Shown here one piece after another: positions 1 to 13,300 of a stretch of DNA of 60,000 nucleotides. The position numbers and the translations under genes are program-made. The notes beneath the pieces are model-generated. The model saw nothing but the letters and a program-made list of their open reading frames with translations. It was not told the origin of the DNA and made no database searches. Location of the stretch: contig NW_024704742.1 in the NCBI RefSeq assembly GCF_018977255.1, positions 137,890,001 to 137,950,000 on the forward strand, written 5' to 3'. The first letter of the stretch is position 1, and each line of letters opens with the position of its first letter. This stretch comes from Callorhinchus milii (taxonomy: Eukaryota).

Positions 1-654
1 TGCTGCTTGTCCAGTTAGGACCACCCTCCCCATTAAGGCTTTGGCTTGGAGAGTTAACAGGAGCTGAGGGGGAGGATTCCCTGCCCTGAGTGACTGGTCA
101 GCCCTTCCAGGTCCTGCCGATGAGCCAGGCCGTACTGTTCTGTCATCAGCAGTGAGAGCCCTGGAATACTGCAGACCCATCTGGCTCAGGAACCGGACTA
201 GAGACCGTCACAGAGAGCTGGCTCGATTCCAACACTGGGCTGCACGAAAGAAAATATGCCCCCCCATCACCATACACAACCCACCCGCCCTCACCCCCAT
301 CCTCCTCAGGGATTGGGGCAGTGTCTGAACTCTGCCCAAATCATGGAACAAGGAGCGGGGAGGTGTGTGGGGAGTGAGAGAGCAATATATTTTGCATTTT
401 AATACAATACTTTTTACATTTATCAAGTGGAGAGAACATCAGGACCAGCATTTGCCCTCTCCCCCACTGTGGAGATTCTCTGAGGGATGTGGGGGGGCGC
501 GGAGGTGAGGTCAGAGGAGGAGCCTTCAAATGGACTCAGACTGTCCAGTGCAGCAATAGAAAGTCCAGGGTTTGCTCTTCACTGGTCGTCAAAGCTCAGT
601 TTCCGTCCAGACGTGTTGGGTTTGGTCAAACGATGGCCATTTTGGTTTGTTTCC

Positions 655-980
655 TGATTCAATCATCAGCCCAGCCAACCAATGGTTAGCTCAACCAGTT
701 CGTGATCAACTCAACTCAAGCAGCTACGAGTTAGCTCAGCCAGCCAATGGTCAACTTAACTGGTCAATGATCAACTGAATTGGCTAATAGTTAACTCAAC
801 CAGCTGATATTTAACTTAACTGGCCAATGGTTAACTCAACCGGTTAATGTTTACGTTGATTGACCAAAAGTCAATACAACTGTTCCATCGTTACGTCAAC
901 TGGTCAATGGTTAACTCAACCAGCCATTGGCTAATCTCAACAGTTCACTGGTTGACTCATCATCAATTAGTGGCCAATCA
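655..980. repeat. Degenerate ~20-bp tandem repeat in the TMEM8B 3'UTR
   Basis: Recurring TGGTYAACTYAACYRGCCAA-like unit. Confidence 0.75.
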
Positions 981-1334
981 TCAACTGCTGCAGATGCTGT
1001 TGATGGACACCATGGCTGGATCGACCAATCCCATCTCCTCGTGCTCGTTAACACACAGCTGGTACCCGCAGCCTCGTCGCTTGTTCTGGAGAGGAACCAC
1101 GGAGCTGGGGGCGGGGCCTCTGCCAGGGCGGGGCCTGGGGGGCAGCAGGAAGCCCACGCTGCCCGCGATCAGCATATGCCAGATACTGTGGATGTAGAAA
1201 TAGTTCTCCTCCGTCTCCACAAAAGTGTAGAGAGCCACGGCGGACATGGCGATCACCGTGCCGGGAAACAGGTAGAAAACCCAGCGCTTCCACGTGGGCG
1301 GGTAACAGCGGCGCCTGCGGATCGTGCGGATTGT
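981..1334 (-). CDS. TMEM8B: TMEM8B terminal coding exon (to TGA)
   Basis: atccag|ACA; encodes [25 protein letters not shown]...[24 protein letters not shown]...SINSICSS*. Confidence 0.94.
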   Translation of the reverse strand, partial: TIRTIRRRRCYPPTWKRWVFYLFPGTVIAMSAVALYTFVETEENYFYIHSIWHMLIAGSVGFLLPPRPRPGRGPAPSSVVPLQNKRRGCGYQLCVNEHEEMGLVDPAMVSINSICSS

Positions 1335-4300
1335 CTGGATAGGGAGAAAGAAACATCAGAGCTCCGGAATATCATACAAGAACGTGAAGTCCTGTAATAA
1401 TAATAATAATAATAATCCTCGCATTTGATATAGCGCTTTTCACGTCGGGAGGACGTCCCAAAGCGCTTCACAGAACACACTGTAAAGTGAATTGACTGTA
1501 TATCTGTGGGAGAACGCGGCAGCCAATTGCGCACAGCAATGTCCCACAAACAGTCGTAGATTGAAAATGACCAATTTATTATTGTTTTTGCTTTTGGAGG
1601 GAATATTATTAGGCTCTGTGTGGAGTAAGGAAACTTGCCCAAGGTTTCGCCCTCTGCCTGGAATTGAACTCCGGTCTCTCACTTGCAAAGCGAGTGCTCT
1701 AACCACTGAGCTACACGACTCCACTGCACTGTAGTGCAGTGGTTAGAGCGCTCGCTGGGTTTGATTCCCAGGCGGGGCAAAACCTTCGGCAAGTTTGCTT
1801 ACTCCACACGCCTCTGTTTATTGAAGTAAGTAGGACCCGGTTGTTAGTCGATTGCGGGATCACTTTCCAGGGGTAATAATCCCTAAAAAGAAACCCTGTA
1901 ATTTGGACACTCAATCAATGACTGTGGGCAAATTGACTGTCACGTTTGGCCCACAAAATATACAGTCGATTCACTTAAACATATATTTCGTGAAGTGCTT
2001 TGAGACGTCTCAACGATGTGATAACGTTCCAACCCCGACCAGCGCTGACCCCATAATCCTCCCAATAAAATTGCTATTCACTTTGAGGCTGGGACATCCC
2101 TTGGCACAAATTGGTTGTGTCCACAAAAAAAAGCAATCACTACACTTCACAGTAAATTCTGTGAGTGATAACATCCGCAAATATTCCTTAAATCAGTGTT
2201 GGCCAACCTATGGCCCTCAAGGCCATCAAGAATCCCACCCCCACCCTCCGTCCCCATCATTCGCACGAGTCTAGGTAAGTCTGTATTTATAGGTACTGCG
2301 TTTGCATTGAATATTTCATGATTGATGTTGTTTTCTTATGTTGCTTACCCAGGCGATGGCCATGATCCCGAGGGCGAAGAGACTGGGGCCCAGGAGGTTC
2401 CACAGCCCGTGTCTGTCCAGCTGTAAAGCCATGGAGAGCAACATGGCGCCGAGGAGGTACAGGATCTGAGAAGAGCAAAGAGGAACGGTCAGAGTCACCA
2501 CCAGGACAGACCAAACCATACAAAGCACCAAATGATGGGGTTATTAATAATAATAATAATCTTACATCTGATTCAACTCCATTCAACAACAACTTACACA
2601 GCGCCCTTCACGCGAGGTAGCGTTTCGGAGCACTGGGTAGAGCCTGAAGCTGAGCCTGGGGGTGGGGGAGATGCCCCCACGCACAGTTGAAGCAGGAGGT
2701 TCTCAGCCGTGAGGGGGAGCAGAGGGATTGAGGGAGTGAGTTTTCATGTCAGAAGAAGGACGTCTCAAAGTGCTTCGCAAGATTTACAATAAAGCGTAGT
2801 GACTGCTTTTTTGTTGTGCACGAGCACGCAGCCAATTTGTGCCCAGCGATGTCCAGCCTCAAAGTGAATAGCAATTTCATCTGGAGGACCAGGGGTCAGC
2901 ACTGGTCAGGGGCAGGACTTCAGGGGTCAGCGTTGGTGTGGGCAGGGCTCAGGGGTCAGCACTGGCTGTGGACAGGGCTCAGGGGTCAGTGCTGACTGAG
3001 GGCGGGGTTCAGGGGTCAGTACTGGCTGAGGGCAGGGTTCAAGGGTCAGTGCTGGCAGTGGGCAAGGTTCAGAGGTCAGTGCTGGCTGAGGGCAGGGTTC
3101 AGGGGTCAGTGCTGGCAGTGGGCAAGGTTCAGAGGTCAGTGGTGGCTGAGGGCAGGGTTCAGGGGTCAGCACTGGCTGAGGGCAGGGTTCAGGGGTCAGC
3201 GCTGGCTGAGGGCAGGGTTCAGGGGTCAGCACTGGCTGAGGGCAGGGTTCAGGGGTCAGCGCTGGCTGTGGTAGGGGAGGTCAGGTGCCAGTGCCGGGGA
3301 CCCACCTGTTTGATGATCGGCTGTAGCCTCGCCATGGCGATGACGGTCACCCAGACGGACATCATGGAGCCCAGGAAATCACAGAACTGCAGCACGTCAT
3401 AGTCCATAATACACAGCACCACCACCCCCGGCTGGTCACACGCGTGATAAAACTGCCAGCAACACATGACTGTGTCAGTCACTACACCTCACATCGCAAA
3501 CACATCCCATCACTTCGCAGTGCATCAACAAACAACCAACAACAATTTACATTTGTATAGCGCCTTTCACATCAGGAGGACGTCCCAAGGCGCTAGAGGC
3601 CTATTGGTCACTATAGATAATAATAATAATCATTGCATCTGATATAGCGCCTTGTCACGTCGCTGAGACGTCTCAAAGCGCTTCATAATATACTGTAAAG
3701 TGAAGTGACTGTGTATTTTGTGGGTAATGAGAGCACTGATGGACACTGACCGTGGAGAAGAACATGGTGAAGGTGTAGACCGAGGCCTCCAGCAGGTATT
3801 GGCTGCGGACAGCGATGGCCACGGGCGGTACAAACATGAGGTTACTGAGGCACAGGAGGAGTGTGGCCAACAACTGGAACCCGTAGGACAGGGCGTAGAG
3901 GTTATCAGTGCAACCCCAGCCATTCCACCCTGTAACACAGCACAGTGTTACACAGACTCCCCCCCACGTACACACACACACATTGCCACCCCCCACCCCA
4001 GACACACTCCCACCGCGTACACCCACACACTCACCCCTCACACACACGCTCCCCACCTCATACACACTCACCGCACACACATACCCTCCCCCTCCACCGC
4101 GCGCACACACACACACAGCCCCCTGGAGTCACACCTGCTTTACACTCGCAGGCTGCGTACAGGTAGTTGTTGGTGCGGAGCAGTTTGCACTGCCCGTAGG
4201 CTCCACATTCATTGATACACGGCGTCAGGAAGCTCCGTACTTTCACCTCCGCACTCACATTACTGCACTCCTCAAACCTGGGACAGAGAGAGCGAGAGAG

Positions 4301-7300
4301 AGAGAGTGAGAGAGACTGAGCAGAATGAGAGACAGAGGAGAGCGAGCGAGACAGAGGAGAGTGAGTGAGACAGGAGAGTGAGCGAGACAGAGGAGTGAGC
4401 GAGACAGAGGAGAGTGAGTGAGACAGGAGAGTGAGAGAGATAGAGGAGAGGGAGCGAGACAGAGGAGAGTGAGCGAGACAGAGGAGAGTGAGTGAGACAG
4501 GAGAGTGAGAGAGATAGAGGAGAGGGAGCGAGACAGAGGAGAGTGAGTGAGACAGAGGAGAGTGAGTGAGACAGGAGAGTGAGCGAGACAGAGGAGAGCG
4601 AGCGAGACAGAGGAGAGTGAGCGAGACAGGAGAGTGAGAGAGACGGCCCCTGGACTGTCATGTCAGTCGACTGTGGAGGGTGTCACAGCCGAGCCTGACC
4701 TCTGCCCACCCAGCTGCCCCACGCTGGAGGGTGCTGTACGGCCCAGGAGCAGGAACCCTGGCTGGTTTTCCCTCTCGAACCCTGGACCATGTAGCCTCCC
4801 TGTGAGCAGCAAACAGCAGGGAGTGGGTTGTGGGCAGCGAGTTGCCAGGGTGTGACTGTGTCTCTATCCAAAGGGGAATGTGGCCTTACCCCAGGTCTGT
4901 GGAGCACAGGGAACGCAGGCTGATGTACCAGCTTCCTGTCTGGGGGTACGGGATCCGCAGCCTGGCAACGTTGGAGGTAGCGTTCACCACGAGGAGAAAC
5001 CCCACGGAAGATTCTGGAAGAGATGGGAGAGGGGGCACCACATGAATAAAAATATTAATAATCCTTGCTCTTGATTTAGCTCCTCATCACGTCGATGAGA
5101 CGTCTCAAAGCGCTTCACAGGATATACTGTAAAGTCCAGTGACTGTGTATTTTGTGGGCAAAACACGGCAGCCAAGTGCGCACAGCAGTGTCCCACACAC
5201 AGTTGTGGTTTGAGCAGCCAAAGTATTATTATTATTATTATTTTTAAAAGGGATCATTACCCCCAGGAAAGCGATCGGCCAATCAACTAACAACCGTGTT
5301 CCTGGATACTCCTAGGTAAACAGACACATGTGGAAACTTCCCTCCGGTTTGGTCCTGCCCAGGAATCGAACCCAAGTCCTCTCACTTGCGAGGCCATTGC
5401 TCTAACCACAGCCCCATTAGTGGAGGAATGTCTGTGTCTCTCCCTCAGAGTATCTGCGCCCAGGTGAGGTTAGCAAAGCATGCGGCGACTCTCACTGCCA
5501 GCAGGTCCTGGTCAATGATCAACATTTGTCTTTGGGTCCATAAGCTCTTCAACTCCATGGTACCCATCTCAACACAAAGGACCATCACCCACCATGCCAA
5601 CAACAAGTGAGGCGAAGGGACCGTGGGATGGAGTTCCCGAGTGTGGGGGCAGAGAGGCTGAAATCCCGGCCACCAATGTTAGGGCGGGTCGGGCGAGAGA
5701 CATGGAGCAGGCCGGAGCCCGATGAACGGAGGGAGCGAGCAGGTTGGTAGGGAGTCAGCAGGTCAGAGAGGTAGGTGGGGGCAAGGCCATGGATGGCCTT
5801 CAAGGTGAGAACGAGGATCTTGAATTCAATCCTCTGGGGGATGGGGAACCACTGGAGTCGGGTGAGGGTGGGAGTGATGGGGTCACGCAGCCCTGGTGCG
5901 TGAGAGTACACGAGCTGCAGAGTTTTGGATGATCTACAGCTTGTGAAAAGAAGAGTTGGGAAGGCCGATAGTAGGGAGTTCCCGTAATCGAGCCTTGATG
6001 CATGGGTGAGGGTTTGGGCATCCTGAGAGGTGAGGCAGTGGCGGAGTCTGGCAATGTTGCGGAGGTGGTGGTAGGCAGTGCCGGTCATGGCGCAGATGTG
6101 GGGGAGAAAGGACAGTTCAGGGTCAAACAAGACACCCAGGTTCTTGACTGGTTTAGTGAGGTTGAGCATCTGATGCTGCCAGCGCATGAGGTGCGGAGGC
6201 GCTGGCACGAGCCAATCAGGAGGGCCTTGGTCTTGCTGATGTTGATTTGGAGAAAGTTTCCGCATGTCCAGGACTTGATGTCGGACAGGCAGTCGGTCAG
6301 GACACCAGTAGTCCTGGAGTTCAGGGTGGAGGCAGAGAGATAGAGTTGGGTGTCATCCGCATACATGTGGAAATTTACCCCATATCTGCGGATGATGTCA
6401 CCAAGGGGAGCATCTAGAGGGTGAAGAGGAGGGGCCCGAGGACAGAGTCCTGAGGAACACCGCACAAGACAGTGCGGGGTTGGATGAGAAGCCATTTGCC
6501 GCGACGAAGTGGAGGTGGTGCGAAAGGTAGGACCTGAACCAGTCAAGGAGAGAACCTTGAAGGTTGAGGTGGGAGGAGAGGTGGTGGAGGAGAATTGAGT
6601 GGTCCACGGTGTCAAAGGCGGCGGAGAGGTCGAGGAGGATGAGGAGGCAGAGGGAGCCCTGGTCACACATAGTCAGGATGTCGTTTGTGACCTTGACCAG
6701 AGAAGAGTGAGAGGAGAGGAAAGAGCGAAGCTGGGAGGTAACGGCTCTCTCAAGGACCTTGGATAGCAACGGGAGATTTGAGATGGGCCGGTAGCTGGAT
6801 AGCTGTGATGGGTCGAGGGAAGGTTTCTTCAAGGTGGGGGTGATAGTGGCTTCCCTGCCATTCGCTTCCCTGCCAAGCGAGAACACAAACCTGCTCTTGG
6901 GGAAAAGAAGAAGCCGATCTCAGACTTTACCAGGGACTGACATGCCATGTGGCAAAGGAGAGACCAGCCTTTGAGAGAGGTTCTCACGGTCCTGATGTGG
7001 TGAGATTGTAGAGGCAGGTCCACACCCAGAGGACGGCATCTCTGACAACATGGCGCTCTCTCCCTCTCTCTCCCCCCTCCACCCCCCCCCAGCACTGGAC
7101 TGGAGCATCAGCCTAGATTGTGAGCTCAGAGACCCCGACCTGGGGGTCGAACCCACAATCTTGTGACTCAGAAGCGACGTACAACTCCATGCTCTGGTAA
7201 CTGACTCGCCAACTGTGAAATGATCGACCATCATTCACTCTCGTAACCCTTTGTGACCTTGACGTCCTCAATCAGTCTGCCCTTTAACCCTCTCAGCTCC

Positions 7301-10300
7301 AGTGAAAATTCCCTGCAGCCTCTCAGGCCCTAACTTACCTGACGCGCAGCTGAGTGATGTGTTGTCTGTCGATGTCAAAGGCATCCCGTGGTTCAGGCAA
7401 CCAAATACTGTCACGTTGTCTCCTGTCACTGAGGACTGAAAAAGGAGAGGTGAGGATTAAACACACACACACACACACGGTGACAATAATACTGGTGTTT
7501 AATACAATCTCTCAGAGCCATTCATAAAGTTTCTGTAAGGTGTAGTAACTGTACATTTGTAGCAGGCGTAGCAGCACAGCAACGTCTCACAAACAACTGA
7601 AGTGAATGATACAGTGCTTTCGTGTCCAGACGACGTCTTAAAGCGCTTCACAGGATTTACTGTAAAGTGTAGTGACTGTATCTTTTAGACCCAGAAGCCA
7701 ACTTGCACACAGCAATGTCCAACAAACAGCCATGAAGTGAGCGATTAATCTTATTGAAGGATTGTTGGCCAGGACACCGGGAGAGAGAAACTCCTTTCTC
7801 CTTTCCAATAGCGCTGCGGGATCTTTAACATCCACCTGGACAGGCAGATGGGAGCTCGGTTTAACATCTCGTATGTGTGTCAGCCTGGCACATTGGCAGC
7901 GGAAGGTTGTGGGCTCAAACCCCACGTTTGGGCTTGGAATCACACAGTCTAAGCTAATGCTGGGGGGTGGGGGGGTTGCATTGTCGGAGGTACCATCCTT
8001 CAGATGTGACGTTAAACCGAGGTCCCGTCTGTCTGTCCAGATGGACGTTAAAGATCCCACGGCGCTATAATAATAATAATAATAATCCTTGCATTTGATA
8101 TAGCGCTTTTCACGTCGGGAGGACATCCCAAAGCGCTTCACAGAACTCACTGTAAAGTGAATTGACTGTATATTTGTGGGTGAACGCGGCAGCCAATTGC
8201 GCACAGCAATGTCCCACAAACAGTCGTGGGATTGAAAATGACCAATTTATTATTGTTTTGTTTTGGAGGGATTATTATTAGGCTCTGTGTGGAGTAAGGA
8301 AACTTGCCCAAGGTTTCGCCCTCTGCCTGGAATTGAACTCTAACCACTGAGCTACAGGACTCCACAGGACTCGAAAAGAGAAGGGAGTTTCTCTCTCCTG
8401 GTCAACAATCCCTCAAATAAAGTTAGTCCCTCACTCCATGGCTTTTTGGGGGATGTCTTGCTGGGCACAACTGATAAGGCTCTATCAAGGATTATTATCC
8501 CCCCCAGCGTTGATCAGTCCATACTGTGAGCTCGGAATCTCTGGCTTGGATGGGGTGGGGGCTCGAACCCACGGCTTCCTGATCCAGAGCGTGAGGAGCT
8601 GAGACACCAAAGCAGAGCCATCTGTCTCCTGTTTCCCCTGTAAAGCAGCCAGTATCCAGCCTGTGCTCAGTGAGTGCTGACACTTACACGTAATTATTCA
8701 TCAACGCAAATGAGTTACAAGCGCAATGAGTGTAAGCCTGTCACAGCCAAGGAGACGGTGCCTGTGCCAAGCCGAGAGATAAGAGGCTTAGTGCCCGGCC
8801 AACAACCTACAGCAGGAATCTCGGCTTCACTTCCTCGGCTAATTAACCCCCCAATCCCCGTTACCAGAACACTTTACTAATCATAATCCTTGCATTTGAT
8901 ATCGCGCCTCATCACGCCTTCGAGACGCCTCGAAGTGGTTCACAGAGCACACTGCGAAGTGCAGTGACTGCGGGTTTCGCGGGCGAAATGCGGCAGCTGA
9001 TTGCGCACAGCTGCGTCCCACAAACAGTCGTGGATTGAGTGACCAAATTATTATAATTATTTTTGGGGGGGGAAGGATTATTACCCTCCCCAGATAGTGA
9101 TCCGCTAATCGACTAACAACTGAGTTCCTACTTAGTGCTGGAGAAATAGAGGCGAGTGGAGTAAGGAAACTTGCCTAAGGTTTCGCACCGCCCGGGAATC
9201 GAACCCGGGTCCTCTGGCTTGTGAGGCGAGGGCTCTAACCACCACACCGCGGGGCTCCGTATTAAGGTGCAAAAATAGTCAAAAACCCAGATGGATTTCT
9301 GTGCCCTGCGGCTCCGTAATGTGGAGATGGGCTATGGTGTTGCTTTGGTGACCAGCCTACCCTGTTCCTGTGTACCACACTGTCAGAGGAACCAGTGACC
9401 GATGGTTGCTGAGCAGGACTGTGGTCCTCGGCTTGTCTGTCACGCTGACCCCCTCCCACCCCCCAAACACACAGCTTTCCCTACAACATTGGGGGCCGTC
9501 GAGGCCTGGGCTTCATGCAATCCTTCCATCGGCCCCTTTCACAACGTCCCAAAGCGCTTCCCACTGTGTGCAAATTGGCCGCCGCGTTCACCTATGAAAC
9601 ACACAGTCGCTACACTTTACAGTAAATGCTGTGAATCGCTTTGACTTGTGCCCCCGACGTGCAATGTGCGGTGATGATCTTTTGGTTCGGTCGTGCGATC
9701 TCCACCCCCCCCCCACCTCCCACACTCACTGTGTTGAGCCGGATCTCCATGTTGAGCACCCCCCCGCTGTCCAGCACAGGCACCAGGTTGATGAGGAACA
9801 CGGCTGGTTTGTCAGGAGGGACCGAGACGTTGGGCCCAAAGAAGATGTAGAAATGGACGGAGAAAGTGTCCAGCTCGTTCCTCAGGGTAGGCCTGACAGG
9901 CCAACACCCGTCTCCCCCAGCAACCTCTCCCCGCGGACCAACCTCCTCCTCGGGGGATCGCGAGGGGCTTCCCTCCGAGACATTGAGCTGGTTCAGGTTC
10001 ATCCCCGTCACCGGAAGGTTCCGGAGCACGGAGGGACCCCCGGGGGAGCCAAAGGACTGAGGCATGTTGAGGGTTGAGGTGATGAGGAGAGAGATCCCCC
10101 TGGAGATGGCCGGCTTGGAACAGTCTGTAAACAACAACAACACATTACATTTACACAACACCTTTCACATCAGGAGGACGTCCAAGGTGCTGGACAGTCA
10201 GGGATTTGGACCCGAGTTGTGGTTGGGATCAGGAGGGGTGGAGGGCAGGAGGGTAGAGGTAGGAGGGTGGCTGAAGGTGCGGTTGAGGAGGAGGGTCTTG

Positions 10301-13300
10301 AGACGGGCCTTGAAGGAGGCCAGGGAGGAGATGAGGCGAAGGGACTGTGCAATGGAGTTCCAAAGGGTGGGGAGTAGAGAGGCTGAAGGCATGAAGGCTG
10401 ATGGTGGGTTGGGCCGGGCGGGGGACGTGGAGCAGGCCGGAGCCTGCTGAGCAGAGGGAGCGGACAGGTCGGTATAGAAACAAGACGGAAATCACCTCCC
10501 TCCGTTCAGAGCCTGTCACGCCGAAACCCCACCCGGCGCATTACAGGGTACTATAGTTTGGTGTAGTGACTGTGCATTTGTGAGGCAAACAAACACAACA
10601 GTCCACCATTCAAAAGACGCGATCTCCAACAATGCAGCGCTCTCCCCCACTGGAGCTCTCTACTCTAACCCCATTCCCTGCTCTCTCCCCATCGTGTCTA
10701 TGCTGGTGCTCCCTCCCCACTGGAGCTCTCAGCATTATCATCATCAACAACAACTTGCATTTAAATAGTGTCCCTCACACAGGGCAGCGTCCCAGAGCAC
10801 TTGACAGTGGCAGCGCACGATGCTGAGCCAGAGGGTGGGGGGAAGTGACCGTAAGCACGGTTGAATAGGAAAATCTTCAGACGCGACCTGAAGATGGGGA
10901 AGGAAGGAGCAAGGCGGAGGGATAGAGGAAGAGTGTTCCTGAGCTTCAGGTTGTAGTGGCTGAAAGCGCGGCCACCAATGGTGGAATGGAGGGCACGAGG
11001 GACATGCAGGAGGCCAGAGCCAGTCGAGCGGAGGCAGCAGGTAGTGGGTTGGGTGGGGTTAAGCAGGTCAGAGAGGTAGGGAGGTGCCAGGCATGAAGAG
11101 ATTTGAAAAAAAGTGTGAGAATCTTGAAATCGATCCATTTGGCGATAGGGAACCAGTGGAGCTTGGCTAGCACTGGTGTGATGGGGCTGCAAAGTTAGTG
11201 CGGGTAAGTATGGGGGCAGCAGAGTTTTGGATCAAATGGATCCTGAGTATGGTGGAGTTGGGGAGACCGAGTCAGGAGGTGACGAAGGTATGAGCAAGAA
11301 TTTTGGCTGCATCTGGGGTAAGGTGCAGTTAGAGGCGGGCAATATGGCGGAGGTGGAGAAAGGCGGTGCTGGTCTGGGACCAAATGTGGAGAAGGAAGTA
11401 CAGCTGTGGGTCGAACTGGAAGCCAAGGTTGCGGACTGGTACAGTAATTCTGGGGGATACGCAGGGGAGGTGCAGGAGGTCAGCCGCCAGTTGTGATCAG
11501 GCTGTCACTGATGAATATCACAAGATCTAAAGATCTCCTGACCTCCACCCATTGAGGCTCAAAACCGCAATGATCGGATGTAAAATAACCAACTGGTGAC
11601 TATTCTCCTTGGCAGGACCTGGAACTTTCTTCAGTTGAATGTCAACAAGACCGAGGCTTTCTTGATTGGCTCCTGTCAGCGTTTCCACACCTCAGGCATT
11701 GACAGCAACAACAACACAACAACAACAACAACAAGATTCCATTTATAGAGCGCCTTTCACGTCGGGAGGACGTCCCAAGGCGCTGCACAGTTGGGTTATG
11801 ACCCGAGCAGGGGGGAATGGTCAGGGCGAGGGGAGGGAAGGGAGGGAGTGGAGGGGAGGGGGGGGGGGGGGGGGGGGGAAGGGGGGGGGGGGGGGGGGGG
11901 GCGAGGAGGGGGTAGAGAGTCGAGAGGGGAGCTGAAGGCACAGTCAAAGAGAAAGGTCTTGAGACCGGTCTTGAAGGAGGAAAGGGAGGAGGCGGCGAAG
12001 GCACTGGGGATAGAGTTCCAGAGCCTCGGGGCTGAGAGGCTGAAGGCCACCGATGGTCAGGCGGTTGGGGCGGGGGATGTGGAGCAGACCGGAGCCAGAG
12101 GAACGGAGGGTACGGGCAGGTAGGTAGGGGGATAGTAGGTCGGAGAGGTAGGAGGACGAGGCCGTGAATGGCCTTGTAGGTGAGGATGAGGATCTTGAAA
12201 TCGATCCTCTGGGGGATGGGGAGCCAGTGGGGGTGAGCCGAGGGGTGGGAGTGATGTGGTCGCCGGTGTCCTGGTGCGGGACAGTACACGAGCTGCAGAG
12301 TTCTGAATGACCTGCCATGTGGAGGGAGGGCCGGTAAGGCCAGCGAGGAGAGAGTTCCCATAGTCCAGCCTTGAGGTGATAAAGGTGTGGACCAGAGTTT
12401 CAGCCGCGTGGGGGGTGAGGTAGTGCCGTAGTCTGGCGACATTCCGGAGGTGATGGAAGGCGGTACCAGTTGTGGCGCGGATATGAGGACTCGGACACCC
12501 TCCATGGTTTCACATTCCATCTCACTAAAGCCAGTCCGGAACTTTGGGGTCTTGTTTGACCCTCAACTATCCTTTCTACTCCACATCTGCGCCATGACCC
12601 GCTCTCCCTTCCCCCACCTCCGCAACAATGCCCGGCTCCGCCATTGCCTCACACCCCAGGTCACCGAAACCCTCAGACACACATTCATAACATCCAGGCT
12701 CAACTATGCAAACTCCTTGTTTGTTGGCCTCCCCAACTCCTCCCTCAATAGGCTGCAAATCATCCAGAACTCTGCAGCCCATGTCCTCTCCTGCACCAGG
12801 CTCTGTGACCCTATCAACCCCATCCTCGCCCGACTCCACTGGCTTCCCATCACACTGAGGATACAGTTCAAGATCCTGGCCCTCACCTTCAAAGCCCTCC
12901 ATAGACTTGCTTCCACCTGCCTCTGAGACTTCCTAACCCCCTACCATCCTGCTCGCTGTCTCCGCTCAGCAGGCACCGGCCTGCTTCACGTCCCCCACCT
13001 CGCCCGTCCCACAATTGGTGGGCGGGCATTCTTCCACTCTGCTCCCACCACCTGGAACTCCATCCAGTAGTCCCTCTGCCTCGCCCCCTCCCTTGCCTCC
13101 TTCAAGACCTATCTCAAGACCCTCCTCTTCGACCATGCTTTCAATCACCCTGCTTCCCCCCCTATCTCCACCCTCCCCAATTCCGAACCCCAGCTCGGGT
13201 CCGAAACACTGACTCTCCAGCGCCTTGGGACGTCCCCTGACGTGAAAGGCACTTTACGCATGTAATTTTGTTGTTGTTGTTGGAAGAGCAGACCAGTCAC

